The notes beneath the pieces are model-generated. The model was given only the letters and a program-made list of their open reading frames with translations, was not told the origin of the DNA and made no database searches. The translations under genes were made by a program, and so were the position numbers. Shown in pieces: positions 48,474 through 58,398 of a stretch of 64,000 nt of DNA; the first letter of the stretch is position 1; each line of letters opens with the position of its first letter. Source of the stretch: Bifidobacterium breve (lineage in GTDB: Bacteria; Actinomycetota; Actinomycetes; S36-B12; UBA5976); NCBI GenBank assembly GCA_945866135.1, contig CAMBGF010000001.1, positions 24,805 through 88,804 of the forward strand, in the 5' to 3' direction.

Positions 48474-49958
48474 CTAACTGACAAGTAGTTTTTTAGCATC
48501 TAATTGCGCCGCCGCTTTGGTGATGTTTCGGGTCATCGAGCCAAATACAAATCCATGGAATGGCCAAACAGACCACCAATATGCATGGCCTGCCAATCCC
48601 TTGGGATGGTAGATAGCGTGCTGGTGGTACATAGTTTCGCCAGCATCATTTTTTTCTACTCGTAATTCCAACCAAGCAAGTCCTGGCATGTGCATTTCTG
48701 CCCGCAGCCGCAGCAGTTCACCTGGAAGACATTCTTCTACTCGCCAGAAATCCAAAATCTCGCCAGCTAGTAATCTGTGGGGATCGCGCCGGCCACGACG
48801 TATTCCAGGGCCACCAAAAAAGCGATCAATTACCCCGCGGGTTTCCCAGGCCAATGGGAAAGAATACCAACCGTTTTCGCCGCCGATTCCTTCAATAATT
48901 TTCCAAAGCGATTCAGGCGAGGAGTTGGAAACAACGTAGCGATCATCAGTGTAGAGCGAGCCACCAGCCCACTCTGGATCTGTTGGAAGGGGCTCGCTTG
49001 GCTCTCCAGCCATTGATGCGGAGGACCAGCGCGATGTGACATTTGCTTGCCGAATTCTAGTAAGAGCGATAGCAACAGAATCTGCAAATCCCAGCAAGCC
49101 CTCGGGCGGATCAGGTATGTATTGCTTGATGTCATGCTCGGCGCAGATAACTTCAGTTTTCAAGCTATCCACAAGTGGGCGAGCAATCTTTTTTGGAACT
49201 GGCGTGACGAGCCCAATCCAACGCGCAGATAGACCAGGGGAAAGTAAGTTGATTGGCAAAATAAGGCGTTTACGTAAACCGGCAACTTTGGCGTAGCCGT
49301 GCATCATTTTTTGGTAAGTCATGATGTCAGGGCCACCAATATCAAAAGTTCGATTAATTCCTTCCGGCATGTTGCGAGCCTCTACTAGGTAGCGAAGGAC
49401 GTCTCTAATTGCAATCGGTTGGATTTTTGTTCGCACCCAACGAGGGGTGATCATGGCTGGCAAGATTTCAGTGAGGTACCGCAGCATTTCGAAAGAAAGA
49501 CTTCCTGAGCCAATAATCACCGCAGCGCCAAATGCGATTGTTGGGACGCCTGAGTTCAAGAGAATGTTGCCCACTTCAGCGCGGGAGCGTAAATGCGGGG
49601 AAAGTTTTGGATCATTTTGTAGCCCACCGAGATAGATGATTCGCCCGACATTATTACTTTTGGCTGCTTGCGCAAAAACTGTTGCTGTGTGACGTTCGTT
49701 TTCCTCAAGGTCACCAACGCTTCCAATGGCATGAATCAAGTAGTAAGCAACATCGACATCTTTCAAAGCTTCGGCACATGTGGTCGGATCATCAGCATCG
49801 CCGGAAATGATTTCAACTTGGTCAAACCAAGGGTGTTGGGCTATTCGTTCAGGGTGTCGGACCAAAACTCGGACAGTTACGCCCTCTTCGAGCAATCTTG
49901 GAATTAAGCGTCCGCCGATGTAGCCAGTAGCACCCGTAACCAAGCAACGTTGTGTCAT
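48474..49958 (-). CDS. NAD(P)-binding SDR-family protein with a DUF2867-like C-terminal domain
   Basis: 494 aa with an N-terminal Rossmann motif VTGATGYIGGRL and a long C-terminal domain of unknown function. Confidence 0.65.
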   Translation of the reverse strand: MTQRCLVTGATGYIGGRLIPRLLEEGVTVRVLVRHPERIAQHPWFDQVEIISGDADDPTTCAEALKDVDVAYYLIHAIGSVGDLEENERHTATVFAQAAKSNNVGRIIYLGGLQNDPKLSPHLRSRAEVGNILLNSGVPTIAFGAAVIIGSGSLSFEMLRYLTEILPAMITPRWVRTKIQPIAIRDVLRYLVEARNMPEGINRTFDIGGPDIMTYQKMMHGYAKVAGLRKRLILPINLLSPGLSARWIGLVTPVPKKIARPLVDSLKTEVICAEHDIKQYIPDPPEGLLGFADSVAIALTRIRQANVTSRWSSASMAGEPSEPLPTDPEWAGGSLYTDDRYVVSNSSPESLWKIIEGIGGENGWYSFPLAWETRGVIDRFFGGPGIRRGRRDPHRLLAGEILDFWRVEECLPGELLRLRAEMHMPGLAWLELRVEKNDAGETMYHQHAIYHPKGLAGHAYWWSVWPFHGFVFGSMTRNITKAAAQLDAKKLLVS

Positions 49959-50015
49959 ACCTAATTGTTACGCATTTGGATTCCAGGCGCATGCTGGGTA
50001 TCGCTGATTGACCTG

Positions 50016-50531
50016 TTAGTCCCTGCGATTGTGGTTGGCCACGTTTAAAATTTCGCCATTTCGGATGTACCAAAGACGACCATCGCTGTCGAGGACTTTA
50101 GTTACCCGAAGCGCAACGTCTACGACCTTGCCACGAATCGTGCCAATTTCCACTTCATCACCTAACCCGAATTGATCTTCCAGAATCAAGAAAATTCCAG
50201 AGATGTAATCCTTAACTAAGGCTTGCGCGCCAAAGCCCAAAGCAACACCCAGAATTCCAGCAGAGGCCAGTAATGGCCCGACATTGATTCCGGCAATCGC
50301 CAAAATGGTAATTATGGCGATGATCCAAATCGTGGTGCTAATTGTGCCGTGAAGAAGTCGGCTTACTGTGGCAGCCCGTTGATCTGATCTGGAGCTAGAA
50401 CTAAGAGCGTGTTTAGTGAGCCGATCCACAGCTCGCAATAAGACCACTCTTGCTACCAAGCCAAAGATAATGACAATTGCCACTTTTACTGGCTGACCTA
50501 AAAACCAAGCTAAAACTTCTTTTGCGTCCAT
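50016..50531 (-). CDS. short MscS-family mechanosensitive channel-like protein
   Basis: 171 aa with TM helices and an MscS pore/beta-domain onset (GAQALVKDYISGIFLILEDQFGLGDEVEIG). It lacks the usual C-terminal domain. Confidence 0.6.
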   Translation of the reverse strand: MDAKEVLAWFLGQPVKVAIVIIFGLVARVVLLRAVDRLTKHALSSSSRSDQRAATVSRLLHGTISTTIWIIAIITILAIAGINVGPLLASAGILGVALGFGAQALVKDYISGIFLILEDQFGLGDEVEIGTIRGKVVDVALRVTKVLDSDGRLWYIRNGEILNVANHNRRD

Positions 50532-50610
50532 CTATTCATTGTGTCCTATGCCACGCGCAATTCCACGGATGTGCAGCGAAATTGAAATTGACTTGTCGTA
50601 AAGTAAAGGG

Positions 50611-50928
50611 GTGATTACTGCTACTCGCCGCATCTGGGCAACTATTACCGCAACTGCAATTCTGAGTGCGACCGCAATTTATCCGGTCCTAGCTGAGAGC
50701 ACAAAACGTGATGATGGTGATGAACCTGGGGAGCCGATGGGAACTCTTAACGCGATCCTTTGGTTTGTAGTGTTGCCACTGGCCATCACCGGGATTATTA
50801 CGTTATTAACTCTTGGACCCAGTTGGACCAGTTCAGCTAAAAATTCAACTCGTGATGGTTACTTAGATGACCCAACTCTTAGTGAAAACCAAATTCCACC
50901 AACGCAACGTTCGCAAATTACTTACTAG
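50611..50928 (+). CDS. hypothetical secreted/membrane protein
   Basis: 105-aa ORF with a GTG start, a signal-like N-terminus and one internal hydrophobic helix. I recognise no family. Confidence 0.35.
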   Translation: MITATRRIWATITATAILSATAIYPVLAESTKRDDGDEPGEPMGTLNAILWFVVLPLAITGIITLLTLGPSWTSSAKNSTRDGYLDDPTLSENQIPPTQRSQITY

Positions 50929-50931
50929 TTT

Positions 50932-53478
50932 CTATTTAGCGCCGTCGCGTGCCTGACAGCGCAGTGACCTATCAACGTTGTCCCTTAATTCGCGCACTAA
51001 CCTAATCGCGCCAACATCAGTTGAGCTCGCAATAAAAGCATCGGCCATTGCCATGATCTCGGGGGAGCCCAGCAGCGATGGGAAAAGTCCAAGTGTCAAA
51101 GTCTGAGAAATTTCATTAGTTCGAGTTTCCCAAATGCCCGCTAAGGAATCGAAGTACTTATCAACAAATGGAATTAGCAGTTCACGTTGATCAGGTTGCG
51201 AGAACCCGCCAACAGTTGCCTCAAGTAGCGCATTAGCTAAGCCATCATTTTCAACAACCGCGTTCCAGGCTTCCAGTTTTGCAGCTGCCGTTGGAATTCC
51301 TGCTTTAGCAGAAGCAGCTTGGCGCTGACCACCGGCAGTGTTGTCGCGAGCTAGTTCGTCATCGATGGCTGTCGTTGGTAGGCCACCAAGTGCAACGAGT
51401 CGGCCAACAAGTGACCAGCGAAGATCAGTATCCACTTCGAGTCCAGCTGGAACATTTGAACCGTCCAGCCAGCCAGCGAGTAACTCAACATGTTGCGGGG
51501 TGCGAGCTAAGCCAGCGATGTTCTTAACGAAAGCGAGCTGATGATCGCCGCCAGCATCTGCTTTAGCGAGCGCAATTAGAAGTGAGGCAAGCAGCGCGTC
51601 ACGATTTGCTGCTCGGTTTGCAGGATTAGCAAATTGCTCGATTGCGGATCGCGCTTGTAGTAATAACTGTTGGGCAACGCCAATCTCAATCTCACCTAAG
51701 TCCGTGTTTAGAACCATGCGCAAATAATCACTCGCGCTCATTTCAGCATCGCGCGTCATGTCCCAGGAAGCTCCCCAGATAAGTGCGCGAGCCACGCCAT
51801 CTTCGATGTCGCGCAATCCTGTTGCGGAAGTCTTCGCCGAGTTGTCATCAAGCCGGATTTTTACGAAAGTGTAATCGCCATCATTTAACAGCATTAAATC
51901 TGCAACTGGTTGCCCAACAAGTTCTGGTACGTCGGTACGAGCACCATCGACATCGATTTCGATTCGCTGATCTCGTTTTATTTTGGAATCAATCCGGTTG
52001 TAAAGTCCAATACCAATGTGGTGCGGGCGAAGTAGCTGATCCACACCTATCGGGGAAACTGGCGGTTCCTGCACAATTGTGACTGACTTGTACTTGCCAT
52101 CTTGGACCACTATCTCGGGGCGAAGTGTGTTTACGCCAGCAGTTTGCAACCAACGTTGCGTCCAATCCTTAAGTGAACGCCCACACGCTTGTTCAAGTTC
52201 CACGAGTAAATCTTGTAGCTCAGTGTTACCCCAGGCATGCTTCTTGAAGTAAGCGCGAATGCCAGCAAAGAATGCATCCTCACCAACCCAAGCAACCAGT
52301 TGGCGAAGCGCCGATGCACCCTTTGCATAAGTAATGCCATCAAAGTTAACTTCCACAGCGTCCAAGTCAAACATGTCAGCAACAATTGGGTGCGTCGTTG
52401 GTAACTGGTCTTGCCGGTAACCCCAAGACTTGCGCTGATTTACGAAGTTAACCCAAGCTTCGGTGTATTGCGTTGCTTCTACGGACGCGTGATGCGCAGC
52501 CCACTCAGCAAAACTTTCATTTAGCCACAGGTCATCCCACCACTTCATGGTGACTAAGTCGCCAAACCACATGTGAGCCATTTCGTGCAGCACCGTGTTG
52601 GCGCGCTGTTCGTAGGTGGCGCGCGTTACTTTACTGCGAAATACATAGCTTTCATGATGAGTAACGCAAGCCGCATTCTCCATTGCGCCAGCATTAAATT
52701 CTGGGACAAATAATTGGTCATACTTTTCAAACGGATAACCGTAATCAAAAGCTTCTTCAAAGTACTTGAAACCCTGCTTAGTAACGGTGAATAAATCTTC
52801 TGGATCTAAATACTCTGCTAAGGAATTGCGACAAAACAGACCAAGTGGGTAAGTGCCGAATTTACCTTTAAATTCATCGCGCACTTCGTAATACGGACCA
52901 GCAACTATTGCCGTGATGTAAGTGGACATTTTTGCACTTGGCGCAAATGTCCAACGCTCAATGCCATCTCGAACTGACTCTGGCATCGGTGTCGCCGAAT
53001 TACTCGTTACTTTCCAATGGTCAGGAGCAGTAATGGTGAAAGCAAAAGTTGCCTTTATGTCCGGCTGGTCAAAGCAAGCAAATACTCGGCGGGCATCAGC
53101 AATTTCAAACTGGGTGTAAAGGTAAACCTCATCGTCAACGGGATCTATGAATCTGTGCATACCTTCGCCCGTGTTCATGTATGCAGCTTCGGCTTCGACT
53201 ATCAAAACGTTGTGGGACTTTAGGTTATGCAGCGGAATTCGGAAACCATCATGAGTTCCGATATCTAGGGATTCGCCGTTTAGTTCAATTAGCTGAACTT
53301 TTGGCGCAATGAAATCAATCCAAGTCGAATTATTTTCCCGAGCAGTGAAGTGCACCGTGGTCTTGCTGGTGAAAGTGTCATCGCGAGTCGTTAGGTCTAA
53401 TTCAATTTCGTAAGTTTGAGCCTGTACTACAGCCGAGCGTTCGCTGGCTTCTAGTCTTGTGATGTTCGTACCTGACAC
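50932..53478 (-). CDS. pepN: aminopeptidase N (M1 family)
   Basis: 848 aa with GAMEN and HEMAHMWFGD...WLNESFAEW zinc motifs. Confidence 0.92.
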   Translation of the reverse strand: MSGTNITRLEASERSAVVQAQTYEIELDLTTRDDTFTSKTTVHFTARENNSTWIDFIAPKVQLIELNGESLDIGTHDGFRIPLHNLKSHNVLIVEAEAAYMNTGEGMHRFIDPVDDEVYLYTQFEIADARRVFACFDQPDIKATFAFTITAPDHWKVTSNSATPMPESVRDGIERWTFAPSAKMSTYITAIVAGPYYEVRDEFKGKFGTYPLGLFCRNSLAEYLDPEDLFTVTKQGFKYFEEAFDYGYPFEKYDQLFVPEFNAGAMENAACVTHHESYVFRSKVTRATYEQRANTVLHEMAHMWFGDLVTMKWWDDLWLNESFAEWAAHHASVEATQYTEAWVNFVNQRKSWGYRQDQLPTTHPIVADMFDLDAVEVNFDGITYAKGASALRQLVAWVGEDAFFAGIRAYFKKHAWGNTELQDLLVELEQACGRSLKDWTQRWLQTAGVNTLRPEIVVQDGKYKSVTIVQEPPVSPIGVDQLLRPHHIGIGLYNRIDSKIKRDQRIEIDVDGARTDVPELVGQPVADLMLLNDGDYTFVKIRLDDNSAKTSATGLRDIEDGVARALIWGASWDMTRDAEMSASDYLRMVLNTDLGEIEIGVAQQLLLQARSAIEQFANPANRAANRDALLASLLIALAKADAGGDHQLAFVKNIAGLARTPQHVELLAGWLDGSNVPAGLEVDTDLRWSLVGRLVALGGLPTTAIDDELARDNTAGGQRQAASAKAGIPTAAAKLEAWNAVVENDGLANALLEATVGGFSQPDQRELLIPFVDKYFDSLAGIWETRTNEISQTLTLGLFPSLLGSPEIMAMADAFIASSTDVGAIRLVRELRDNVDRSLRCQARDGAK

Positions 53479-53566
53479 AGGCGTACTCCTTGTGAATCAA
53501 ACTGGTGGCTGTGTCTAGTTTGACACTTAAAAGCCGGCTGGCAACATGTGGGTCTAATCTGAAGGC

Positions 53567-54181
53567 ATGACACAAACGAAAACAGCTGCTGATTTCTGGT
53601 TCGATCCGATTTGTCCCTGGGCTTGGATTTCCTCGCGCTGGATGTTAGAGGTTGAACAGGTGCGTCCAGTAACTACAAACTGGCACGTTATGTCACTGGC
53701 AGTACTAAACGAGGGCCGCGAATTACCTGAGAAGTACGTTGATTTAATGAAGCGCGCTTGGGCTCCGGTTCGGGTGGTAATTGCTGCGCAACAACGGCAC
53801 GGCCTGAATATTACAGGTCCGCTTTACAGCGCGATGGGAACTCGCATTCATAATCAAGGTCGTGGTGATGACTACATACCTGTGATTACCGAGTCGTTAG
53901 CAGAGTGTGGCCTGGATGCAGATTTGATTTCAGCCGCGAATTCCACTGAATTCGATGAAGCTTTAAATGTTAGCCATCATGCAGGAATGGATCCGGTTGG
54001 CATGGATGTCGGTACACCCGTTATTCATGTAAATGACACGGCATTCTTTGGACCAGTTATTTCGCCCACACCTCGCGGCGAGGCGGCCGGAAAATTGTGG
54101 GACGGCGTTTTGCTAGTTTCAGCAACTGACGGCTTCTTTGAGTTAAAGCGCACTCGTACCCGCGATCCAATTTTCGATTAG
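53567..54181 (+). CDS. DsbA-fold thiol reductase, Rv2466c-like (mycothiol-dependent reductase family)
   Basis: 204 aa, similar along its whole length to my recollection of M. tuberculosis Rv2466c (ADFWFDP.CPW.W..SRW.LEV...FFELKRTRT). The active-site motif here is CPWA. It lies between pepN and rpiB, as in Mtb. Confidence 0.75.
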   Translation: MTQTKTAADFWFDPICPWAWISSRWMLEVEQVRPVTTNWHVMSLAVLNEGRELPEKYVDLMKRAWAPVRVVIAAQQRHGLNITGPLYSAMGTRIHNQGRGDDYIPVITESLAECGLDADLISAANSTEFDEALNVSHHAGMDPVGMDVGTPVIHVNDTAFFGPVISPTPRGEAAGKLWDGVLLVSATDGFFELKRTRTRDPIFD

Positions 54182-54218
54182 TCGCCAATTTTTACCTCTG
54201 AACTGGAAAGATAAACCC

Positions 54219-54665
54219 ATGCGCGTTCATTTAGCCACCGATCATGCCGGCTTGGAATTTAAAGATGCATTGACTAAGTATTTAGCCAGCAAAGGTTACG
54301 AAGTAGTTGACCACGGCGCCTATGTTTATGACGCAGAAGATGACTATCCAGCGTTTTGTATTGCAGCGGCGCAAGCAGTTGCTGCTGAGCCAGGTTCCCT
54401 TGGGGTAGTTTTTGGTGGCTCCGGCAACGGCGAACAAATCGCAGCTAACAAAGTTAAGGGCGTGCGCGCGGCGCTGGCTTGGAGCATCGCAACAGCGCAG
54501 TTAGCTAAAGAACATAACAATGCAAACGTGGTTGGGATAGGCGCCCGGCAACACACCCAAACTGAAGCGTTTGAAATTATTGATGCGTTTTTAGAAACCC
54601 CGTTTAGTGATGCGCAGCGCCATGTGCGTCGCATTGGGCAGATTGCAGACTACGAAAACCGATAA
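54219..54665 (+). CDS. rpiB: ribose-5-phosphate isomerase B
   Basis: 148 aa with RVHLATDHAGLEFKD and GSGNGEQIAANK, RpiB/LacAB motifs. Confidence 0.9.
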   Translation: MRVHLATDHAGLEFKDALTKYLASKGYEVVDHGAYVYDAEDDYPAFCIAAAQAVAAEPGSLGVVFGGSGNGEQIAANKVKGVRAALAWSIATAQLAKEHNNANVVGIGARQHTQTEAFEIIDAFLETPFSDAQRHVRRIGQIADYENR

Positions 54666-56603
54666 CTAGTGATTACAAGTGCAGGGCTTGGTTAAATCAC
54701 CATTGCATCGCAAGCAAACAGGCATTGAAGGCGCTACATCCATTGCTGGGCTGCGCTTAAAAAATCCTGAAGGTTTCAGCATGAAACCAATTCGCTCAAC
54801 TGGCATAACTGGCCAGTCTTCAAGTCTTGGAATGTGATTAACACCAAACACGTACCACATAACAACGTCTTCATTAACAAGATTTCGATTCTGCTTAGTC
54901 CACCTTGGAAGACCATCCCCACCTGCATGTTGAAATGGATATTCACCTGCAGGGTATCTTTCCTGGCGGCGGTTAGGGGTCACCCAGAGATGTTGGAACA
55001 TAAAGCCCGCCCTCTTACCAATAACAGAATCAGGAGAGGCGAGCGGAAAAGTGTTTCCCTCGGGAACTAATTTGAAACCGACAGATTTATTCATGTGATT
55101 CTTTTTATTTGGATTAACAATCTTCCAATAGCGACTGGTCATCAAGTTCAGCATTCGTCCCGACATGTTTTCCGCTTCAATCGGAGTCTCTTGAGTTATG
55201 TAAGCGCCACCATGAATATTTTCTGGTCCCATTTTTTTTGCAACTGAGTCAACTTCAATGACGGAGTTCTTTTCACCGTCAACATCTAAGTCCAGGCGCG
55301 CACAAAAAGTATGTTGATGATATGGAGCCCACAGGCCAGGTTCCATTTCGGTGGCTGAAGGATGATCAACTCCAGGAGTGTCTGCAAGCGTTAAGACAAT
55401 TCCTGTTAACTTAGCTTCAAATTCAATGGACCCATCCTGATAGAAGTACCAGAAATATCCATATTCGTAATTGTTAATGGTCACGATTGACGAAACAACA
55501 AAGCGTCGACCTCTTCGCACTTCCACATGCCCATCAATATCGACATGCTTCCACAAAATTCCATGGTCTTCTTCGTGCATGCAAATTGCATTTTTAATTT
55601 CGCGAACATCTCCCTCAGGAGTTAGCAGGTGAACATCCTTATATGTAATTTCCCCGAGGCAGTCGCAGCCAAGTGTTAAAGAGTTGGTGTAACTACCAAG
55701 TCCGAATTCTCCGGTGTCGAAAGCGTTCTTGCGGTAGGTGCCTTGACTTGGATCACCATAGGGAATGACCAGTTCGGCAATAGACATTCGGTAACCGATT
55801 CTTCGTTCAATTCCGTTGTCATCAAATCGAACATCGTGAATAACCAAACCCTCACGATGATCCCAACCAACTCGAAAGTTCCAACGCTCCCAATTAATTT
55901 TCCAGCCCTGCACCTCACTGGAAGCGCCATCCTTTTGGATGATCTGTAAATCTTTTAGCGTTAAATTGGCACCTGTTTGTGATGCTCGGTAGTCACCAGG
56001 CGTCATAGGGATTGGAGTGACACCACTGTCTTCAATAGCAACCACTTCTTCAGCTTCCAAATCAACAATTGCGTAAAGCCCATTGATTGGGTGCGCATAC
56101 ACATTTGATTCTGGTGTTGGACGCAACCACATTGGTGTCCAAACAAGCCGTTTGCCATTGTCGAGATGCTGTGGAATTTGCGCTCCAATTGGCCAAGTCT
56201 CCACATAGACCTGCGTGTCTGGGTCGGTGATGCCTCGCAACTTCAAAGCCTCACGAACACGAGTGTCTCTTAGAACTGCTTTTACTGCCAGCGCAGACTC
56301 AGTTAAGACAACGGGCGCTTTCGCCCCATCGATCAACGTCCAACTAATGGCGCAGCCAGTTGTCGTAAGCACTCCTTCAAAAACCTGCGAAGTTGGCCTG
56401 TGTAGGAATGAGATACGCACTGTTCTCACAAACTCAGATTTTGGTGTCCAGTCAAGGACTGCCGCCTTGGTTGGCTCAGCGAGTTGGCAGGTAAGTAAAA
56501 AGTAAGTTGAGTCAATGCCCCAAAGATTTCGGGCATGTTGCATGACACTTTCGAGTTCAACTTTTGACAGCGGATCCAGTGGATGCGCAAACAAGGTGGC
56601 CAT
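54666..56603 (-). CDS. copper-containing primary amine oxidase (TPQ cofactor)
   Basis: 645 aa with the TPQ precursor motif NNYEYG and the Cu-ligand region YHQHTF. Overall it resembles Arthrobacter AGAO. Confidence 0.9.
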   Translation of the reverse strand: MATLFAHPLDPLSKVELESVMQHARNLWGIDSTYFLLTCQLAEPTKAAVLDWTPKSEFVRTVRISFLHRPTSQVFEGVLTTTGCAISWTLIDGAKAPVVLTESALAVKAVLRDTRVREALKLRGITDPDTQVYVETWPIGAQIPQHLDNGKRLVWTPMWLRPTPESNVYAHPINGLYAIVDLEAEEVVAIEDSGVTPIPMTPGDYRASQTGANLTLKDLQIIQKDGASSEVQGWKINWERWNFRVGWDHREGLVIHDVRFDDNGIERRIGYRMSIAELVIPYGDPSQGTYRKNAFDTGEFGLGSYTNSLTLGCDCLGEITYKDVHLLTPEGDVREIKNAICMHEEDHGILWKHVDIDGHVEVRRGRRFVVSSIVTINNYEYGYFWYFYQDGSIEFEAKLTGIVLTLADTPGVDHPSATEMEPGLWAPYHQHTFCARLDLDVDGEKNSVIEVDSVAKKMGPENIHGGAYITQETPIEAENMSGRMLNLMTSRYWKIVNPNKKNHMNKSVGFKLVPEGNTFPLASPDSVIGKRAGFMFQHLWVTPNRRQERYPAGEYPFQHAGGDGLPRWTKQNRNLVNEDVVMWYVFGVNHIPRLEDWPVMPVERIGFMLKPSGFFKRSPAMDVAPSMPVCLRCNGDLTKPCTCNH

Positions 56604-56657
56604 CCATGAAGCCTATTAAAACTGCAAGGTCGGTGTACTTGAAATTCTTCGAGAACT

Positions 56658-56731
56658 TGGAGCGGGTGACCGGGATCGAACCGGCATGGCCAGCTTGGAA
56701 GGCTGGGGCTCTACCATTGAGCTACACCCGC
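56658..56731 (-). tRNA. tRNA-Gly (TCC)
   Basis: Minus strand reads GCGGGTGTAGCTCAATGGTAGAGCCCCAGCCTTCCAAGCTGGCCATGCCGGTTCGATCCCGGTCACCCGCTCCA. Anticodon loop CTTCCAA. Confidence 0.95.
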
Positions 56732-56803
56732 GAGCCAACCTTTTTCCGGTTGGACGCGAATTTAGACTATCGCATCATTTCTACTACAATCGAACAGCAA
56801 GAT

Positions 56804-56876
56804 CGGGGCGTAGCGTAGTGGCTAGCGCGCCTGCTTTGGGAGCAGGAGACCGAGAGTTCGAGTCTCTCCGCCCCGA
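56804..56876 (+). tRNA. tRNA-Pro (TGG)
   Basis: CGGGGCGTAGCGTAGTGGCTAGCGCGCCTGCTTTGGGAGCAGGAGACCGAGAGTTCGAGTCTCTCCGCCCCGA. Anticodon loop TTTGGGA. CCA is not encoded. Confidence 0.93.
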
Positions 56877-56950
56877 CTCGTAGTTGCGGAGTCCGCCTTA
56901 TTTATTTAGGGCGGGCTCTACACATCTAACGCGTTATAAGTAGGAGAACC

Positions 56951-58285
56951 GTGAAGAGCGCCGTAGAAAATATTTCCCCATCCCGCGTGAAGATCACTGT
57001 CGAGATGCCATTTGCTGAACTTCAGCCAAACCTGGATTCGGCTTACCAACGCATTGGTGCGCAAGTGAGTATTCCGGGTTTCCGCAAGGGAAAAATCCCC
57101 ACCCGCATAATTGATCAGCGCGTTGGACGAGTGGCAGTTCTGGAAGAAGCAGTAAACGATGCAATTCCATCTGGCCTAGCTCAGGCATTAATTGAAAATG
57201 AAATTGTGCAACTGGGTCGCCCAGAAGTTGATGTGACAACGCTAGATGAAGAGGTCGGTTTAATTTTCACAGCTGAACTTGATATCAGCCCAGAATTTGA
57301 ACTACCTAAATTTAAAGAACTTAAAGTTGTCGTCGATAATGCAGAAGTAACTACTGACCAAGTTGAGGAACAGCTAACTGCGCTACGTGGACGCTTTGGT
57401 GCATTAAAAGATGTACAGCGTGCTGCCAAAGATGGCGACGTTTTGTTAGTTGATCTGCGCGGTGATCATGAAGGCCAAGAAGTAGAAGAACTCTCAGCAA
57501 CTGCGTTTAGCTATGAACTTGGTTCTGACGATATGGTGCCTGGATTTGATGACGCAGTTCGTGGCGCCAAAGCAGATGAAGTTCGTCACTTCTTATTTAC
57601 ACCTACTGCCGGGCAGTGGACTGATAAGGGAATCACTGTGGAAGTAAAAGTATTGGGAGTGCGCGAGCGCGAACTTCCCGCCGCTGACGATGAATTTGCG
57701 CAACTTGCCAGTGAGTTCGACACTATTGGTGAACTGCGCGAAGACATTCGCACTCGCCTAGGTCGGGTTCGCCTAGTTGAACAGGCTTACCAAGCGCGCG
57801 ACCTAACCCACGATGCGCTAATGGAAGCAGTAAAGCTCGATCTTCCAGATCGCACTATCCAGGACGAGATTGCCGCACACTTTGAAGATGGTCACGGCGA
57901 TGATGCGCATCGTATGGAATATGAAACAACTACTCGAAGTGGACTTAAATCACGTTTGATTTTAGACAAGATTGCCCAGACCGAAGATCTCCAAGTTAAT
58001 GATGCCGAGCTTTCCCAGTGGCTGATCCAAGAAGCCCAGCGTTACAACATGGCGCCAGATCAGTTTGCTGATCAGCTAGTGAAGTCCGGTCAGGTTCAGG
58101 GCGCAGTTTCTGAGGTTCGCCGCGCTAAGGCGCTTGCTCATGTCCTGGAAAGTGTCGCAGTTGTAGATAAGTCCGGTAACAAGGTCGATTTAGAGTCAGT
58201 ACTTCGTGGCGAAGAATCAGCTGAAGACTTCGCGGTGGACTTTGACGCCAGTTCGGATACTGAAAACTTTGAGGCCGACGAATAG
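56951..58285 (+). CDS. tig: trigger factor
   Basis: 444 aa with an N-terminal ribosome-binding region (GFRKGKIP) and an FKBP-like middle domain. GTG start. It sits upstream of clpP1P2. Confidence 0.9.
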   Translation: MKSAVENISPSRVKITVEMPFAELQPNLDSAYQRIGAQVSIPGFRKGKIPTRIIDQRVGRVAVLEEAVNDAIPSGLAQALIENEIVQLGRPEVDVTTLDEEVGLIFTAELDISPEFELPKFKELKVVVDNAEVTTDQVEEQLTALRGRFGALKDVQRAAKDGDVLLVDLRGDHEGQEVEELSATAFSYELGSDDMVPGFDDAVRGAKADEVRHFLFTPTAGQWTDKGITVEVKVLGVRERELPAADDEFAQLASEFDTIGELREDIRTRLGRVRLVEQAYQARDLTHDALMEAVKLDLPDRTIQDEIAAHFEDGHGDDAHRMEYETTTRSGLKSRLILDKIAQTEDLQVNDAELSQWLIQEAQRYNMAPDQFADQLVKSGQVQGAVSEVRRAKALAHVLESVAVVDKSGNKVDLESVLRGEESAEDFAVDFDASSDTENFEADE

Positions 58286-58398
58286 TCGTACTTGTTGGTA
58301 GTTCCAGCACGCTAGGAGCGAACAAGGCCATGTCGCCCATGCCAATGTCAGGCTGACCCCTTATTGTTTAGGAGTTAGCAAAACATTTAGGAGTAATT

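Noticed and set aside
56732-56950. Short hairpins flanking the divergent tRNA-Gly/tRNA-Pro pair (CCAACC...GGTTGG at ~56735-56753; GAGTCCGCC...GGCGGGCTC at ~56890-56919)
   Set aside because: The stems are short and lack U-tracts. They are plausibly tRNA processing or termination structures, but the evidence is too weak to annotate.
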